64,000 nucleotides of DNA from assembly GCA_009692515.1 (NCBI GenBank), contig SHZA01000005.1, positions 2,517-66,516 on the forward strand. The letters are read 5' to 3'. Position 1 is the first letter of the stretch. Each line of letters starts with the position of its first letter. Positions 44,192-53,491 of this stretch are shown here, in pieces. The translations under genes and the position numbers were made by a program. The notes under the pieces were generated by a model. The model ran no database searches, was not told the DNA's origin, and saw only the letters and a list, made by a program, of their open reading frames with translations. Source of the stretch: Bdellovibrionales bacterium (lineage in GTDB: Bacteria; Bdellovibrionota; FAC87; UBA2466).

Positions 44192-45394
44192 CTAGCTTTT
44201 TTCTGGTTTTGTTTCTTGGTCCCCAACCTTGTCGATCGGCTTAGTTACCTTTATCTTTTTTTCTCTCGTTTGGAGTTCTTGCAAACCTAATTGGCATGCG
44301 GTTTTAAGAGATTGTGTTGCAGCAGAAGCCCTACACGCTGTGAGCACAACCTTAGCTCCTTCTGGAAACTTTTCAGCCTGTTTTCCCAGAACAAGAGCCG
44401 CGCTAATTTTAATTCCCTCATCGACATCCTTTTTTTCAAGTAATCCCTGAATCACCTTAATAGAGGCCTCACTAAAATCCCCGCAAATTCCGAGAGCTAA
44501 AATGGCGTTTTCTAAAAGATCGGTATCGCCACCCTGTTCAATAAGCTCGATGAGGCGACTAGAGATTTTTGGGTTTGGGGATTCGGGTAATGCTTGAATA
44601 ACATCTAAGCTTGCTAAAATAACATCGGGATCGGAACTTTCGATGGTTTTTTCGACGGCAGCTAAGGTTTTGGAATCTTTCTTTGCCTGAGCTTGCAAGG
44701 CAGATAAACAGGTTAACACTAATGTAGTATCGCGACTCTCTGAACACTCAATAAGGAGATTTACTACAGAGTCTTGACCCTGGCCTTTTTCCGAAAGGGC
44801 CTTTACCACACCCCTTCGAACTTTAGAATTATCAGATTTTTGAAAGGCGGCGATCAACGGGACAATGCTCTGACTGGATCCAAACTGCTCTAAATAATCT
44901 AGAAGGGGAAGTAACTCATCTAGCTCAGTTGATTGCTTTAGTGTTTCTAAGAGAGCATCCTGAGTTGAGGCGTGACTATCTTTTCTAATAATAAAGGTTC
45001 TGATTAATGTTCCTCTCAATTTAGGATCCTGTTTATATTGTTCAAGCAAAGACCTTCTTATGGTGTCGGCCTTGCTTTTGCTTCCGGCCTTCCCCATCGC
45101 CTTTGCACAGAATACTTTAATGTGTTCATCGGGATCTTTGATGCACTTTATGAGTGTGGTCACGACCTCATCTTGATAAAGAGATTGAGAGTATTGGCTT
45201 AATTTAAATGCCGCCACCTTTCTTTCTTCAAAATCTTGGCTTTCAGAAAGAGTTCTGGCCCACAATAAAACGGGATTGGTAATGGGTGTGGAATATTTTC
45301 TGGCCCTGCTTCTGCGTTTAGCAAAAGCAGGACCGGATGAAAGAATAAGTAATCCACCAAGCAACGAAATGAGAAGTATTTTTTTAGCCTGCAT
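44192..45394 (-). CDS. secreted HEAT-repeat protein (hypothetical)
   Basis: The 400-aa ORF has a signal peptide and repeated HEAT/PBS-lyase-like units. It lies 9 bp downstream of the S8 protease gene on the same strand. Confidence 0.55.
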   Translation of the reverse strand: MQAKKILLISLLGGLLILSSGPAFAKRRSRARKYSTPITNPVLLWARTLSESQDFEERKVAAFKLSQYSQSLYQDEVVTTLIKCIKDPDEHIKVFCAKAMGKAGSKSKADTIRRSLLEQYKQDPKLRGTLIRTFIIRKDSHASTQDALLETLKQSTELDELLPLLDYLEQFGSSQSIVPLIAAFQKSDNSKVRRGVVKALSEKGQGQDSVVNLLIECSESRDTTLVLTCLSALQAQAKKDSKTLAAVEKTIESSDPDVILASLDVIQALPESPNPKISSRLIELIEQGGDTDLLENAILALGICGDFSEASIKVIQGLLEKKDVDEGIKISAALVLGKQAEKFPEGAKVVLTACRASAATQSLKTACQLGLQELQTREKKIKVTKPIDKVGDQETKPEKS

Positions 45395-45403
45395 TTTTAA
45401 TAA

Positions 45404-46816
45404 CTACTTTACTGAATGTAAATCTAATCGCCCTGAAGTAGCAACTTTTCCTGCTACTGCACTCGTATTAGCCGTTAGGCTGAGAAGCCTTTCTTTTACG
45501 GTTTGAGCCGACTGAGTTAAGTCTTGCGACCAAACTACAGCCAAGGCACCTGCCACAAATGGAGATGCCATAGAAGTTCCATCCCACGTTGCCTTGATGC
45601 TACCAAGATCAACTACAGTATCTTGATAACGGTCACCAGGTACCGTCGATAAAATTTTCACCCCAGGGGCTCCTAACTTAATAGAATTTTTTCCCCAGTT
45701 TGAAAACTCTGCCAATTGATCACTAGAATCTAACGCGGCTACACCGATCATGTTTGGAAGATTATAGACGGCAGGCACCACGGGCTTAGCATCGGTATCA
45801 ATATCAAAGCCATTAGATTTTCCAGCGGCCTGATCAAGACGTCCATTACCCGCAGCCACTACAAATAAAACACCTTTTGCCTCGGCTCTCTGAATCGCCT
45901 CTTTCAAAGGTTTGTCATCCTCATCACCAGCCTCGCCACCCCAGCTAGCATTGATAATATTCGCGCCATTAGCGACCGCATAGTCGATAGATTTAATAGC
46001 GGCATCGGTACTACCCTCACCCTTTTCGCCAATAAAGCGTAAGGCCATAATTTTGGCTTGAGGGGCGACACCCGCAGTGCCCAAACTATTATTTAAGGAG
46101 GATGCGATCACTCCAGACACGTGAGTTCCGTGGCCTGGGTTTCCTCCGCTTAATAAAATATCCATCAGGTCCATTGAAAGATCATAGGGTTTATTATCAT
46201 TGGTACTAAAATCCCAGCCGACCACATCATCAATATAACCATTTTTATCGTCGTCAATTCCATTGCCAGAAATTTCAATTTTATTTCTCCACATACTATT
46301 AATCAAATCAACATGGTTATAGTCTACTCCGGTATCGGTTACCGCAACCACGATCCCTTTTCCCTGTGGAGTTTTATTGTGCCCATTAATGGCGTCGATA
46401 GAAAACATTCCCCATGAAGATTTAAATAGAGGATCAAGGCCGCTTGCCTGAATTCCAGGAGTTTTTATTTCTGGATTATCGGTGTAAGCAGGAGCATCTA
46501 AAGTAGTCTGTCCTTTTTTTAGTTGTTCAATGATTGCGCCTCGGTTGGCTACAATTGAGGGGTTTTGAAATAGATGAATCTTTTTATTTTTAGCAATATA
46601 AGCAACGCTAGAATCCCAAACTCCGTCGGCTCTGGAATCGGAGGTCCACTTGTAAAGATTTCCTTCTTTACTAACGAGCTCGAATTTCCCACCATTTCTA
46701 GAGAAGAAACTTTTTTGAATATCGATTTTATCTGAGTTAAAACGAACTAGATATTCCTGTGAAAAAACATTTGTGGTTATACAAACTGCAAAGATGGATG
46801 CGATCCAAAGTTTCAT
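45404..46816 (-). CDS. secreted subtilisin-like serine protease (peptidase S8)
   Basis: The 470-aa ORF has a signal peptide and the catalytic triad motifs VAVTDTGVD, GHGTHVSG and GTSMASPFVAG. Confidence 0.9.
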   Translation of the reverse strand: MKLWIASIFAVCITTNVFSQEYLVRFNSDKIDIQKSFFSRNGGKFELVSKEGNLYKWTSDSRADGVWDSSVAYIAKNKKIHLFQNPSIVANRGAIIEQLKKGQTTLDAPAYTDNPEIKTPGIQASGLDPLFKSSWGMFSIDAINGHNKTPQGKGIVVAVTDTGVDYNHVDLINSMWRNKIEISGNGIDDDKNGYIDDVVGWDFSTNDNKPYDLSMDLMDILLSGGNPGHGTHVSGVIASSLNNSLGTAGVAPQAKIMALRFIGEKGEGSTDAAIKSIDYAVANGANIINASWGGEAGDEDDKPLKEAIQRAEAKGVLFVVAAGNGRLDQAAGKSNGFDIDTDAKPVVPAVYNLPNMIGVAALDSSDQLAEFSNWGKNSIKLGAPGVKILSTVPGDRYQDTVVDLGSIKATWDGTSMASPFVAGALAVVWSQDLTQSAQTVKERLLSLTANTSAVAGKVATSGRLDLHSVK

Positions 46817-46890
46817 TGTTTCCCCCTAAATTTTTGATTTTTCTGTTGCTTATAATGAGGCTAAACTAGCTTGTTGAAACGTCAAGGGGT

Positions 46891-47733
46891 ATGATGATTT
46901 CAATGAAACAAACGATCTTAATATGCGTCAAAGAATTTGATAAGGCCGCAGGTCTTGCAAAAAAGGAACTTACTCAGTGGGCCAAGACACAAAGCATTTC
47001 TATCCTTGAGATCACCTCTGCAATCGAAATTATTTCCGAAAAAAAACAAAAAGAGATTCTACTGGGTGTTGCGATCGGTGGAGACGGAACCTTTCTCACT
47101 TTGGTTAGAAAGTTAGCAAGGAAAGATGCCTTTCCTCTAATGGGAGTTAACTTAGGAAGTCTAGGCTTTATTACAGAGGTAAATCGAGATGAAATGATTA
47201 AGGTGATGACTCAAGCCTTAAAAGGAAAACTGACAGAGGAAAAAAGACCGTTATTAGACGTTGAGGTTTTTAGAAAAAATAGAAGAGTGGCCTCGGGTTG
47301 TGTTTTTAATGATGCGGCTATTACTAAAAGCAGAAACACGACGATGCTGCGTTTTGATGTGAGTGTGGCAGGAGATTTTTTAAATCACGTGCGGGCCGAT
47401 GGGTATATTATTTCGACACCCACAGGGTCTACCGCTTATGCACTGTCCTCAGGAGGGGCGTTGATTCATCCGGGTGTTTCCGCAATCGAACTCGTTCCTA
47501 TTTGTTCTCACTCGCTCTCCTCGCGCCCCATTTTAGTTCCTATGTCAGCTGAGATTGTGATTGAGATGAAGGAGCCCAGAGGAGAGGCCTCTCTAGTTTA
47601 TGACGGGCAGATTAGTTTTGCTTTAGAACAAGGCGATCTTCTTAAGATTCGAGCCAGCAAAAACTTTTTACGGCTTTTGCATCCGCCACAACAAAAGTGG
47701 TCTGAAGCATTACGCAAAAAACTGGGATTATAA
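46891..47733 (+). CDS. nadK: NAD+ kinase
   Basis: The 280-aa ORF has the GGDGTFL and DGYIISTPTGSTAYALSSGG motifs. Confidence 0.9.
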   Translation: MMISMKQTILICVKEFDKAAGLAKKELTQWAKTQSISILEITSAIEIISEKKQKEILLGVAIGGDGTFLTLVRKLARKDAFPLMGVNLGSLGFITEVNRDEMIKVMTQALKGKLTEEKRPLLDVEVFRKNRRVASGCVFNDAAITKSRNTTMLRFDVSVAGDFLNHVRADGYIISTPTGSTAYALSSGGALIHPGVSAIELVPICSHSLSSRPILVPMSAEIVIEMKEPRGEASLVYDGQISFALEQGDLLKIRASKNFLRLLHPPQQKWSEALRKKLGL

Positions 47734-47736
47734 TCG

Positions 47737-49068
47737 GTGAAACCCACTTTGGAATCGGCACTTGATTTTATTAAGCATCACCCTAAACTGGTGATTGCCG
47801 AAGACTATGAAATTTTGTGTCAAAAAACAGAAACTCATTCATGCTATTTCAAAAATGGAGAGGCTATCGAGGAGTCGAGAGATTCCCGTTGGTGGATACA
47901 GATGCGCATTTTGCACAGGAAGCGACTCGGATCCACATCGACCGTATTTTGCAATGAACAAAGTTTAAATAGTATGGTCGATAAAGCCTTTGAATTAGCA
48001 GATAACACTACGGTAGATCCGTGGTTTCGATTTCCGCTTTGGAAGCCAGCCCTTTTGGAAAAAACAACAATAAAAGAGTCGGGATCGGTAGACTCGGCAT
48101 TAAAAGAGGTTTTTTTTGAGACTCTATTTCCGGAGTTAGCATCGCCACCCATAGGACTCGAGGAGCGATATTTTCGACAGCAGGAACACCGAACTCTTCT
48201 GCGGAAAACCGAAAAAATGATCCTGTCAGATGAGAGTGAAATTCAGCAATTTCAATTTGCTTTGGTAAATCGGGGGGCGGGTGGAGAGTTTTATCGACTA
48301 GAAGATATCAGGGGAGGAAGTGCCCCCTTTTTAGCGAAAGGGGCGGTTTTAGATGCTCTACTCAGAAAATCAACAAGATTAAATCGATTACAGGTTGCCA
48401 CAAAGGTGATTCCTGGCAGTTATCTTTTGGCTGGGATTGTGGTGGCGTCGTTACTTAAAAGTATCGAGTCCTATTTTGGCGGGCCATTAGCAGGCCTAGG
48501 GAAAACCCCTCTGGCAAATCTCCTCGGAAAACCTGTTTTTTCAGATGCGGTCTCCCTAACCGATGATGGACTTTATTTAGGCGGTGAAGGCACTAGACCT
48601 TTTGATTGCGAGGGTGCCACCTCTCAACAAACAAAGGTAGTCGAGTCGGGAATCTTAAAAACATTTTTACATGATGCCAACAGTGCAGCTAAATACAATC
48701 GAACGAGTACGGGAAACTTAATAAGGGCCCCAAATAATATTTCCCGTGTAGGTGCCACCAATTTTTATTTAAATCCCTCCACAACGAGGCTCTCCGAACT
48801 ATTTTCAGAAATGAAGGAGGGGGTTTATATCGAAAGTGTGGATCGCTTTCACAGGGAGCTAACGCGAACTGGCAAGTTGGAGATATTGGGTCAGGGTTGG
48901 ATTGTAAAAAATGGAGAGCCCACTGGCCCGCCGCAACAATTGTTATTGACGGTGGATCCTCTAGAGATTCTTAAGGAAATAACTGTGGTGGCAAGTGATT
49001 TAAGTTTTTGGGGGCGGTATGGTGCTCCCTCAGTTTTCCTAAAGAAAATGCCGTTAGGTGAGATATGA
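47737..49068 (+). CDS. TldD/PmbA family metallopeptidase-like protein
   Basis: The 443-aa ORF is conserved in the PmbA_TldD C-terminal region. Confidence 0.8.
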   Translation: MKPTLESALDFIKHHPKLVIAEDYEILCQKTETHSCYFKNGEAIEESRDSRWWIQMRILHRKRLGSTSTVFCNEQSLNSMVDKAFELADNTTVDPWFRFPLWKPALLEKTTIKESGSVDSALKEVFFETLFPELASPPIGLEERYFRQQEHRTLLRKTEKMILSDESEIQQFQFALVNRGAGGEFYRLEDIRGGSAPFLAKGAVLDALLRKSTRLNRLQVATKVIPGSYLLAGIVVASLLKSIESYFGGPLAGLGKTPLANLLGKPVFSDAVSLTDDGLYLGGEGTRPFDCEGATSQQTKVVESGILKTFLHDANSAAKYNRTSTGNLIRAPNNISRVGATNFYLNPSTTRLSELFSEMKEGVYIESVDRFHRELTRTGKLEILGQGWIVKNGEPTGPPQQLLLTVDPLEILKEITVVASDLSFWGRYGAPSVFLKKMPLGEI

Positions 49069-49781
49069 AAACAAAAGCTTTTGGAATCACCAATATTGGC
49101 ATGAAACGCAAATTAAATGAGGACACTTTTCTAGTCGATGACGAGCTAGGACTATTTGTAGTGGCCGACGGAATGGGGGGCCATCTGGGCGGTGAAGTTG
49201 CCAGTAAATTAGCGGCCGAAACCATGCAAAAATTTTGTCGAGAAAACAAGGATCTACCTCCAAGAGATAGACTTGAAAAGGCTGTGAACAGAGCCTGTGA
49301 AGACATTTATACAGAATCAAAAAAAGATGCGGGTGTCGCTGGAATGGGAACGACGGTGGTGGCACTTTTAGTCGATGGAGGCTATGTTTATATTGCTCAG
49401 GTCGGAGATAGCCGAGTGTATCTTTTTGCCCAAGGGGCTGCATGGCAAGTGACCGAAGATCACACGATCGTTCAAGAGGAGATCCGTGCGGGATTAATCT
49501 CTCATGAGGATGCTAGTAACCACCAACACAAAAATGTAATCACACGGTCGGTGGGCTATGAAAAAACGGCCTTAGTAGATATTTATCGACGAAAACTGCA
49601 AATTAACGATACCTTTCTTCTCTGCTCTGATGGCCTTTCTGGTTTAGTAGAAATCAAAGAAATGCTAGAGCAATTAGAGGCTCACTCCATGGAAACCAGT
49701 GCCGAAAAGCTTATCGAGCTTGCCAACTCTAGAGGCGGTGATGACAACATTACCATTGTTCTCTGTCGCGCTATGGAATAG
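49065..49781 (+). CDS. PP2C-family (PPM) Ser/Thr protein phosphatase
   Basis: The 238-aa ORF has metal-binding motifs (FVVADGMGGH ... DGLSG ... GGDDNITIV). It overlaps the upstream gene by 4 nt. Confidence 0.85.
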   Translation: MKTKAFGITNIGMKRKLNEDTFLVDDELGLFVVADGMGGHLGGEVASKLAAETMQKFCRENKDLPPRDRLEKAVNRACEDIYTESKKDAGVAGMGTTVVALLVDGGYVYIAQVGDSRVYLFAQGAAWQVTEDHTIVQEEIRAGLISHEDASNHQHKNVITRSVGYEKTALVDIYRRKLQINDTFLLCSDGLSGLVEIKEMLEQLEAHSMETSAEKLIELANSRGGDDNITIVLCRAME

Positions 49782-49917
49782 TAGTGCAGCTTGGTTTGAC
49801 TAAAGCAATTAGCTAATGTTTATATGACAAAGTACAAATGGACACAACGCGTCCAAGAGAGAGGTCGTTACGTTAGGGAACAGAAAAAAACGATGGTGGC
49901 AGGAGCGGTTTGTAACC

Positions 49918-50856
49918 GTGATGGTGATTCCGGAAAGAACCCGAGAGGTTCATAAGGTCATTGTGCCCTTTTTATTGGTAAAACTAGGGATTGCTTTGTT
50001 TTCAGTGGTCACGATTTTTTTAGTCATTATTGGTGTGGATTACTTTCATGTTTTAGGAAGCATGGGAGAGAATAAATCACTTAAAGGAGAAAACTTTAAG
50101 CTGCGCCAGGAAATTCAAACGGTTAGAAATAAAGTTGATTCTATGGAAGGCACGATCGATCGTGTTAGAAATTACGCAAAGAAATTACAAATTCTTACAG
50201 GTCAAGGCGATGGGAAAAAACAAATAGAGATGCCATCTGGCCCTATCGATTTAGAACCGGAGAGAGTCCCATCGAGTCGCGGAGATAAACATTCGCAAAA
50301 TCTATTTTCAGATCCAGGGGTGAGCCCCGTTGCCTATTCACCGAGTAAAATAGGATTAGAGGAAAAGCTTCAAAAACTACAGGTCGATGGAGAACAGACC
50401 GAGAGTGAACTTTCAAAACTGCATGTTTATCTAATTGCAAAAAGTGCAATCATCAATGCCACCCCCTCGCTCTTACCTATCGCGGGCTGGATCTCCTCCA
50501 CCTTTGGTTATCGACGAAACCCCTACGATGGCAGCTATCGACTTCATTCGGGAGTCGACATTGCAGCAGAACCGGGAACGCCAGTGAGGGCTCCAGCGGA
50601 TGGCCTTGTTATCTTTTCCGGTTATCGAGAGGGTTATGGCAAGGTGATTGTGATCGATCATGGTTATGGAATAAGAACCTTATTTGGCCACAACTCAGCA
50701 GTTTTTGTTGGGCAAAGCGCAAAGGTAAAACGTGGAGAAACTATTTCTCAGGTAGGGAACACAGGGCACTCCACAGGACCACATCTTCATTATGAAATTA
50801 GAAAAAATGGAATCCCTGTAAATCCTGCCACCTTCTTTTCTAGAGGTCGTTTTTAA
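49918..50856 (+). CDS. M23 family metallopeptidase (EnvC/NlpD-like, TM plus coiled coil plus LytM domain)
   Basis: The 312-aa ORF has HSGVDIAA ... GNTGHSTGPHLHYE in the C-terminal domain, preceded by an N-terminal TM segment and a coiled coil. Confidence 0.85.
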   Translation: MMVIPERTREVHKVIVPFLLVKLGIALFSVVTIFLVIIGVDYFHVLGSMGENKSLKGENFKLRQEIQTVRNKVDSMEGTIDRVRNYAKKLQILTGQGDGKKQIEMPSGPIDLEPERVPSSRGDKHSQNLFSDPGVSPVAYSPSKIGLEEKLQKLQVDGEQTESELSKLHVYLIAKSAIINATPSLLPIAGWISSTFGYRRNPYDGSYRLHSGVDIAAEPGTPVRAPADGLVIFSGYREGYGKVIVIDHGYGIRTLFGHNSAVFVGQSAKVKRGETISQVGNTGHSTGPHLHYEIRKNGIPVNPATFFSRGRF

Positions 50857-50864
50857 CGTCGCAA

Positions 50865-51509
50865 TTACGCCTTTACCTTTTTCCAGTCATCTAAAAATGT
50901 TTTCAATCCTGAATCGGTAAGTGGATGTCTTGTTAACTGATGAACTATCTTTACAGGAAGAGTCACCACGTCGACACCCATCTTGGCACATTCTAGAACA
51001 TGAATGGGGTGCCGAATACTTGCAGCAAGAACCTTGGTTTTAAAAGAATACTGTCCAAAAATCTGGATGATATCTGCTACCATCGCTAAACCATCTTGAC
51101 CCAAATCGTCTATCCTTCCGATGAACGGACTTACATAGGTAGCGCCAGCTTTTGCAGCAAGAAGAGCTTGTACAGGTTGAAAAATCAGCGTGACATTAGT
51201 AGGAATTCCTTCGGCTGCCAGAATCTTTACAGCCTTCAGCCCCTCACTCATCATGGGAATTTTAACCACAACATTATCTCCGTATTTACGAAGTTCTTTG
51301 GCCTCTCTCAACATTTCAGTAGCCGTGGTACCTATGACCTCTAAACTAACCGGTCCCTTCACCCAGCGACAAATCTCCTTAGCAACCTCATTAAAAGGTC
51401 TTCCCGATTTTGCGATTAATGAGGGGTTGGTCGTCACACCATCTAAAACGCCTAGTGAGTCGGCCTCTTTAATTTCTTCAATTGATGCGGAATCGATAAA
51501 ATATTCCAT
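50865..51509 (-). CDS. tal: transaldolase / fructose-6-phosphate aldolase (Tal/FSA family)
   Basis: The 214-aa ORF has the N-terminus [15 protein letters not shown]...GVTTNPSLI. Confidence 0.9.
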   Translation of the reverse strand: MEYFIDSASIEEIKEADSLGVLDGVTTNPSLIAKSGRPFNEVAKEICRWVKGPVSLEVIGTTATEMLREAKELRKYGDNVVVKIPMMSEGLKAVKILAAEGIPTNVTLIFQPVQALLAAKAGATYVSPFIGRIDDLGQDGLAMVADIIQIFGQYSFKTKVLAASIRHPIHVLECAKMGVDVVTLPVKIVHQLTRHPLTDSGLKTFLDDWKKVKA

Positions 51510-51692
51510 GGGTCCTCCATAACTTTAGAGTTCAAACTATTAAGTAATTGTCGTTCACGACTTAAAACACACCGGTTTTTTAAGGGCCTTATTGGCAGAG
51601 CATACAACCCATGTTCTACTAAAAGACCTTAGAAAACACAACGCTACTGGTCACGAAAGAGATCTTGAGTATTGTAATTCGGACTACCAAGC

Positions 51693-51722
51693 TTGACAAA
51701 AGAAAAGCAAAATTTCTAATAT
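51693..51722 (+). promoter_or_regulatory. putative sigma70 promoter (TTGACA-N18-TAATAT) upstream of the ABC operon
   Basis: The sequence matches the consensus -35 hexamer and has an A/T-rich -10, about 55 bp upstream of the ATG at 51779. Confidence 0.35.
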
Positions 51723-51778
51723 GGATCACAAACTTACAGCCGAAGACGTCTTAAAACTAACTGGGGTTTAACAAATTT

Positions 51779-52717
51779 ATGATCGAAGTCAAAGAACTTA
51801 CCAAAAAATACGGCGATAGAATTGCGGTCGATAATATTTCTTTTAGCGTAAAGCGTGGAGAGATTTTAGGTTTCCTTGGACAAAATGGTGCGGGGAAAAC
51901 TACGACGATGAAAATGTTGACCTGTTTCATGCCGGCCACATTGGGAACGGCGAGCATTGCGGGATTTGATGTTTTTGAAAATTCCTATGAAGTAAAAAAA
52001 AGGATTGGGTACCTTCCTGAAACCCCACCACTTTACCCAGAACTTTTAGTTTCAGAATACTTAAATTTTGTAGCGGATCTCAGAGGCATTCCTCGAGGTG
52101 AAAAGAAAAAAAGAATAGAGGTTGTTTTAGATCGCTGCCAACTAGGAGATGTTAAAAATAGATTAATTGGAAATCTTTCTAAAGGATATCGACAAAGAGT
52201 GGGGCTTGCACAAGCCTTAATTCATGATCCGGAAGTTTTAATTCTAGATGAACCTACAGTGGGGCTAGATCCTAAACAACAAAGTGAAGCGCGCAGCCTT
52301 ATTAGATCCTTACGTTCCGAGCGAACGGTAATTTATAGTACCCATATTCTTTCTGAAGTTGCGGCCACCTGTGACAGAATTATTATTATTGATCGTGGAA
52401 AAATTGTAGCTCAAGAGGCGATTAATTCTCTGGGAGCTACCGGCTCGTTGACTAAAACAGAGGTTATTGTACAGAGATCATCTGAAAATGTGGCTCAATG
52501 TTTGCGTTCGATCAGTGGAGTTAAGAGCGTTCAATGCCTATCTAATGGCAAGGAACGGATTATTGTTGAGTCGGAGGCCCAAGAGGACATCATGGCTGAA
52601 ATAGCAAAGGTGGTAGTGAATAATAATGCAGGATTAATTCGAATGGCGCCAGTCCAACTCGCATTAGAGGATTATTATTTAGATCTTATCGGTGGAAAAA
52701 GAGGAGTCGTAATATGA
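51779..52717 (+). CDS. ABC transporter ATP-binding protein (ABC-2/GldA-like)
   Basis: The 312-aa ORF has Walker A (GQNGAGKTT), a signature motif and Walker B (ILDEPT). Confidence 0.85.
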   Translation: MIEVKELTKKYGDRIAVDNISFSVKRGEILGFLGQNGAGKTTTMKMLTCFMPATLGTASIAGFDVFENSYEVKKRIGYLPETPPLYPELLVSEYLNFVADLRGIPRGEKKKRIEVVLDRCQLGDVKNRLIGNLSKGYRQRVGLAQALIHDPEVLILDEPTVGLDPKQQSEARSLIRSLRSERTVIYSTHILSEVAATCDRIIIIDRGKIVAQEAINSLGATGSLTKTEVIVQRSSENVAQCLRSISGVKSVQCLSNGKERIIVESEAQEDIMAEIAKVVVNNNAGLIRMAPVQLALEDYYLDLIGGKRGVVI

Positions 52718-53487
52718 GGGGCGCGATAGCTATTGTTAAAAGAGAGATTAGATCCTATTTTTGTTCCCCCATCGCCTATGTAGTATTGGGTGTGTTTCTA
52801 TTTGTGATGGGAGTTATTTTTGCGAAGTTTGTAGATCTTTATCAAAGATTTAATAGTGCCCAACAGTTTGGCCAGGCGCAGGGAATTACGATTGATAAGG
52901 TCGCAACCTATCTTTATCAGAATATGGCCTTCATTTTGTGTTTTGTGACCCCTTTTCTTACGATGAGATTATTTTCAGAGGAAAAACGCCAACACACACT
53001 TGAACTACTATTTACCGCACCCGTGAGGGAGTTAGAAATAGTAATTGGAAAATTTTTGTCGGCCTATTTTTTGATGTTATTAATGCTGGCCGTTTCTGCC
53101 ATTTATGTTTTTTTTATGGTTCTTTGGGGAAGTCCAGAACTTAAAATTATTGGAGCCACCTATTTAGGATTAGCTTTGGCACTCGCCTGTTACGTGTCTC
53201 TTGGCGGATTAATTTCGGCGATGACGTCTAGTCAAGCTATCGCAGCGGTCTGGACATTTATTGCCCTATTATTTTTATGGTTGTTGCAATCATTAGGGCA
53301 GGGGATTACCGCCGCGTGGGGACCCATTCAGTGGGGACCGACCTTGGTTTATATTTCTCCTCTGGGCCATTTTAATTCTTTTTCAGAGGGGTTAATTCAT
53401 GTGAAGGACGTGGTTTACTTTGTTTCCTTCACAATATTTTGTCTTTTTTTGACCCACCGAGTGGTGGAAAGCAATCGTTGGAGATAA
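52714..53487 (+). CDS. ABC-2 family transporter permease (GldF-like)
   Basis: The 257-aa ORF has 6 TM segments and overlaps the ATPase gene by 4 nt. Confidence 0.75.
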   Translation: MRGAIAIVKREIRSYFCSPIAYVVLGVFLFVMGVIFAKFVDLYQRFNSAQQFGQAQGITIDKVATYLYQNMAFILCFVTPFLTMRLFSEEKRQHTLELLFTAPVRELEIVIGKFLSAYFLMLLMLAVSAIYVFFMVLWGSPELKIIGATYLGLALALACYVSLGGLISAMTSSQAIAAVWTFIALLFLWLLQSLGQGITAAWGPIQWGPTLVYISPLGHFNSFSEGLIHVKDVVYFVSFTIFCLFLTHRVVESNRWR

Positions 53488-53491
53488 CTTT

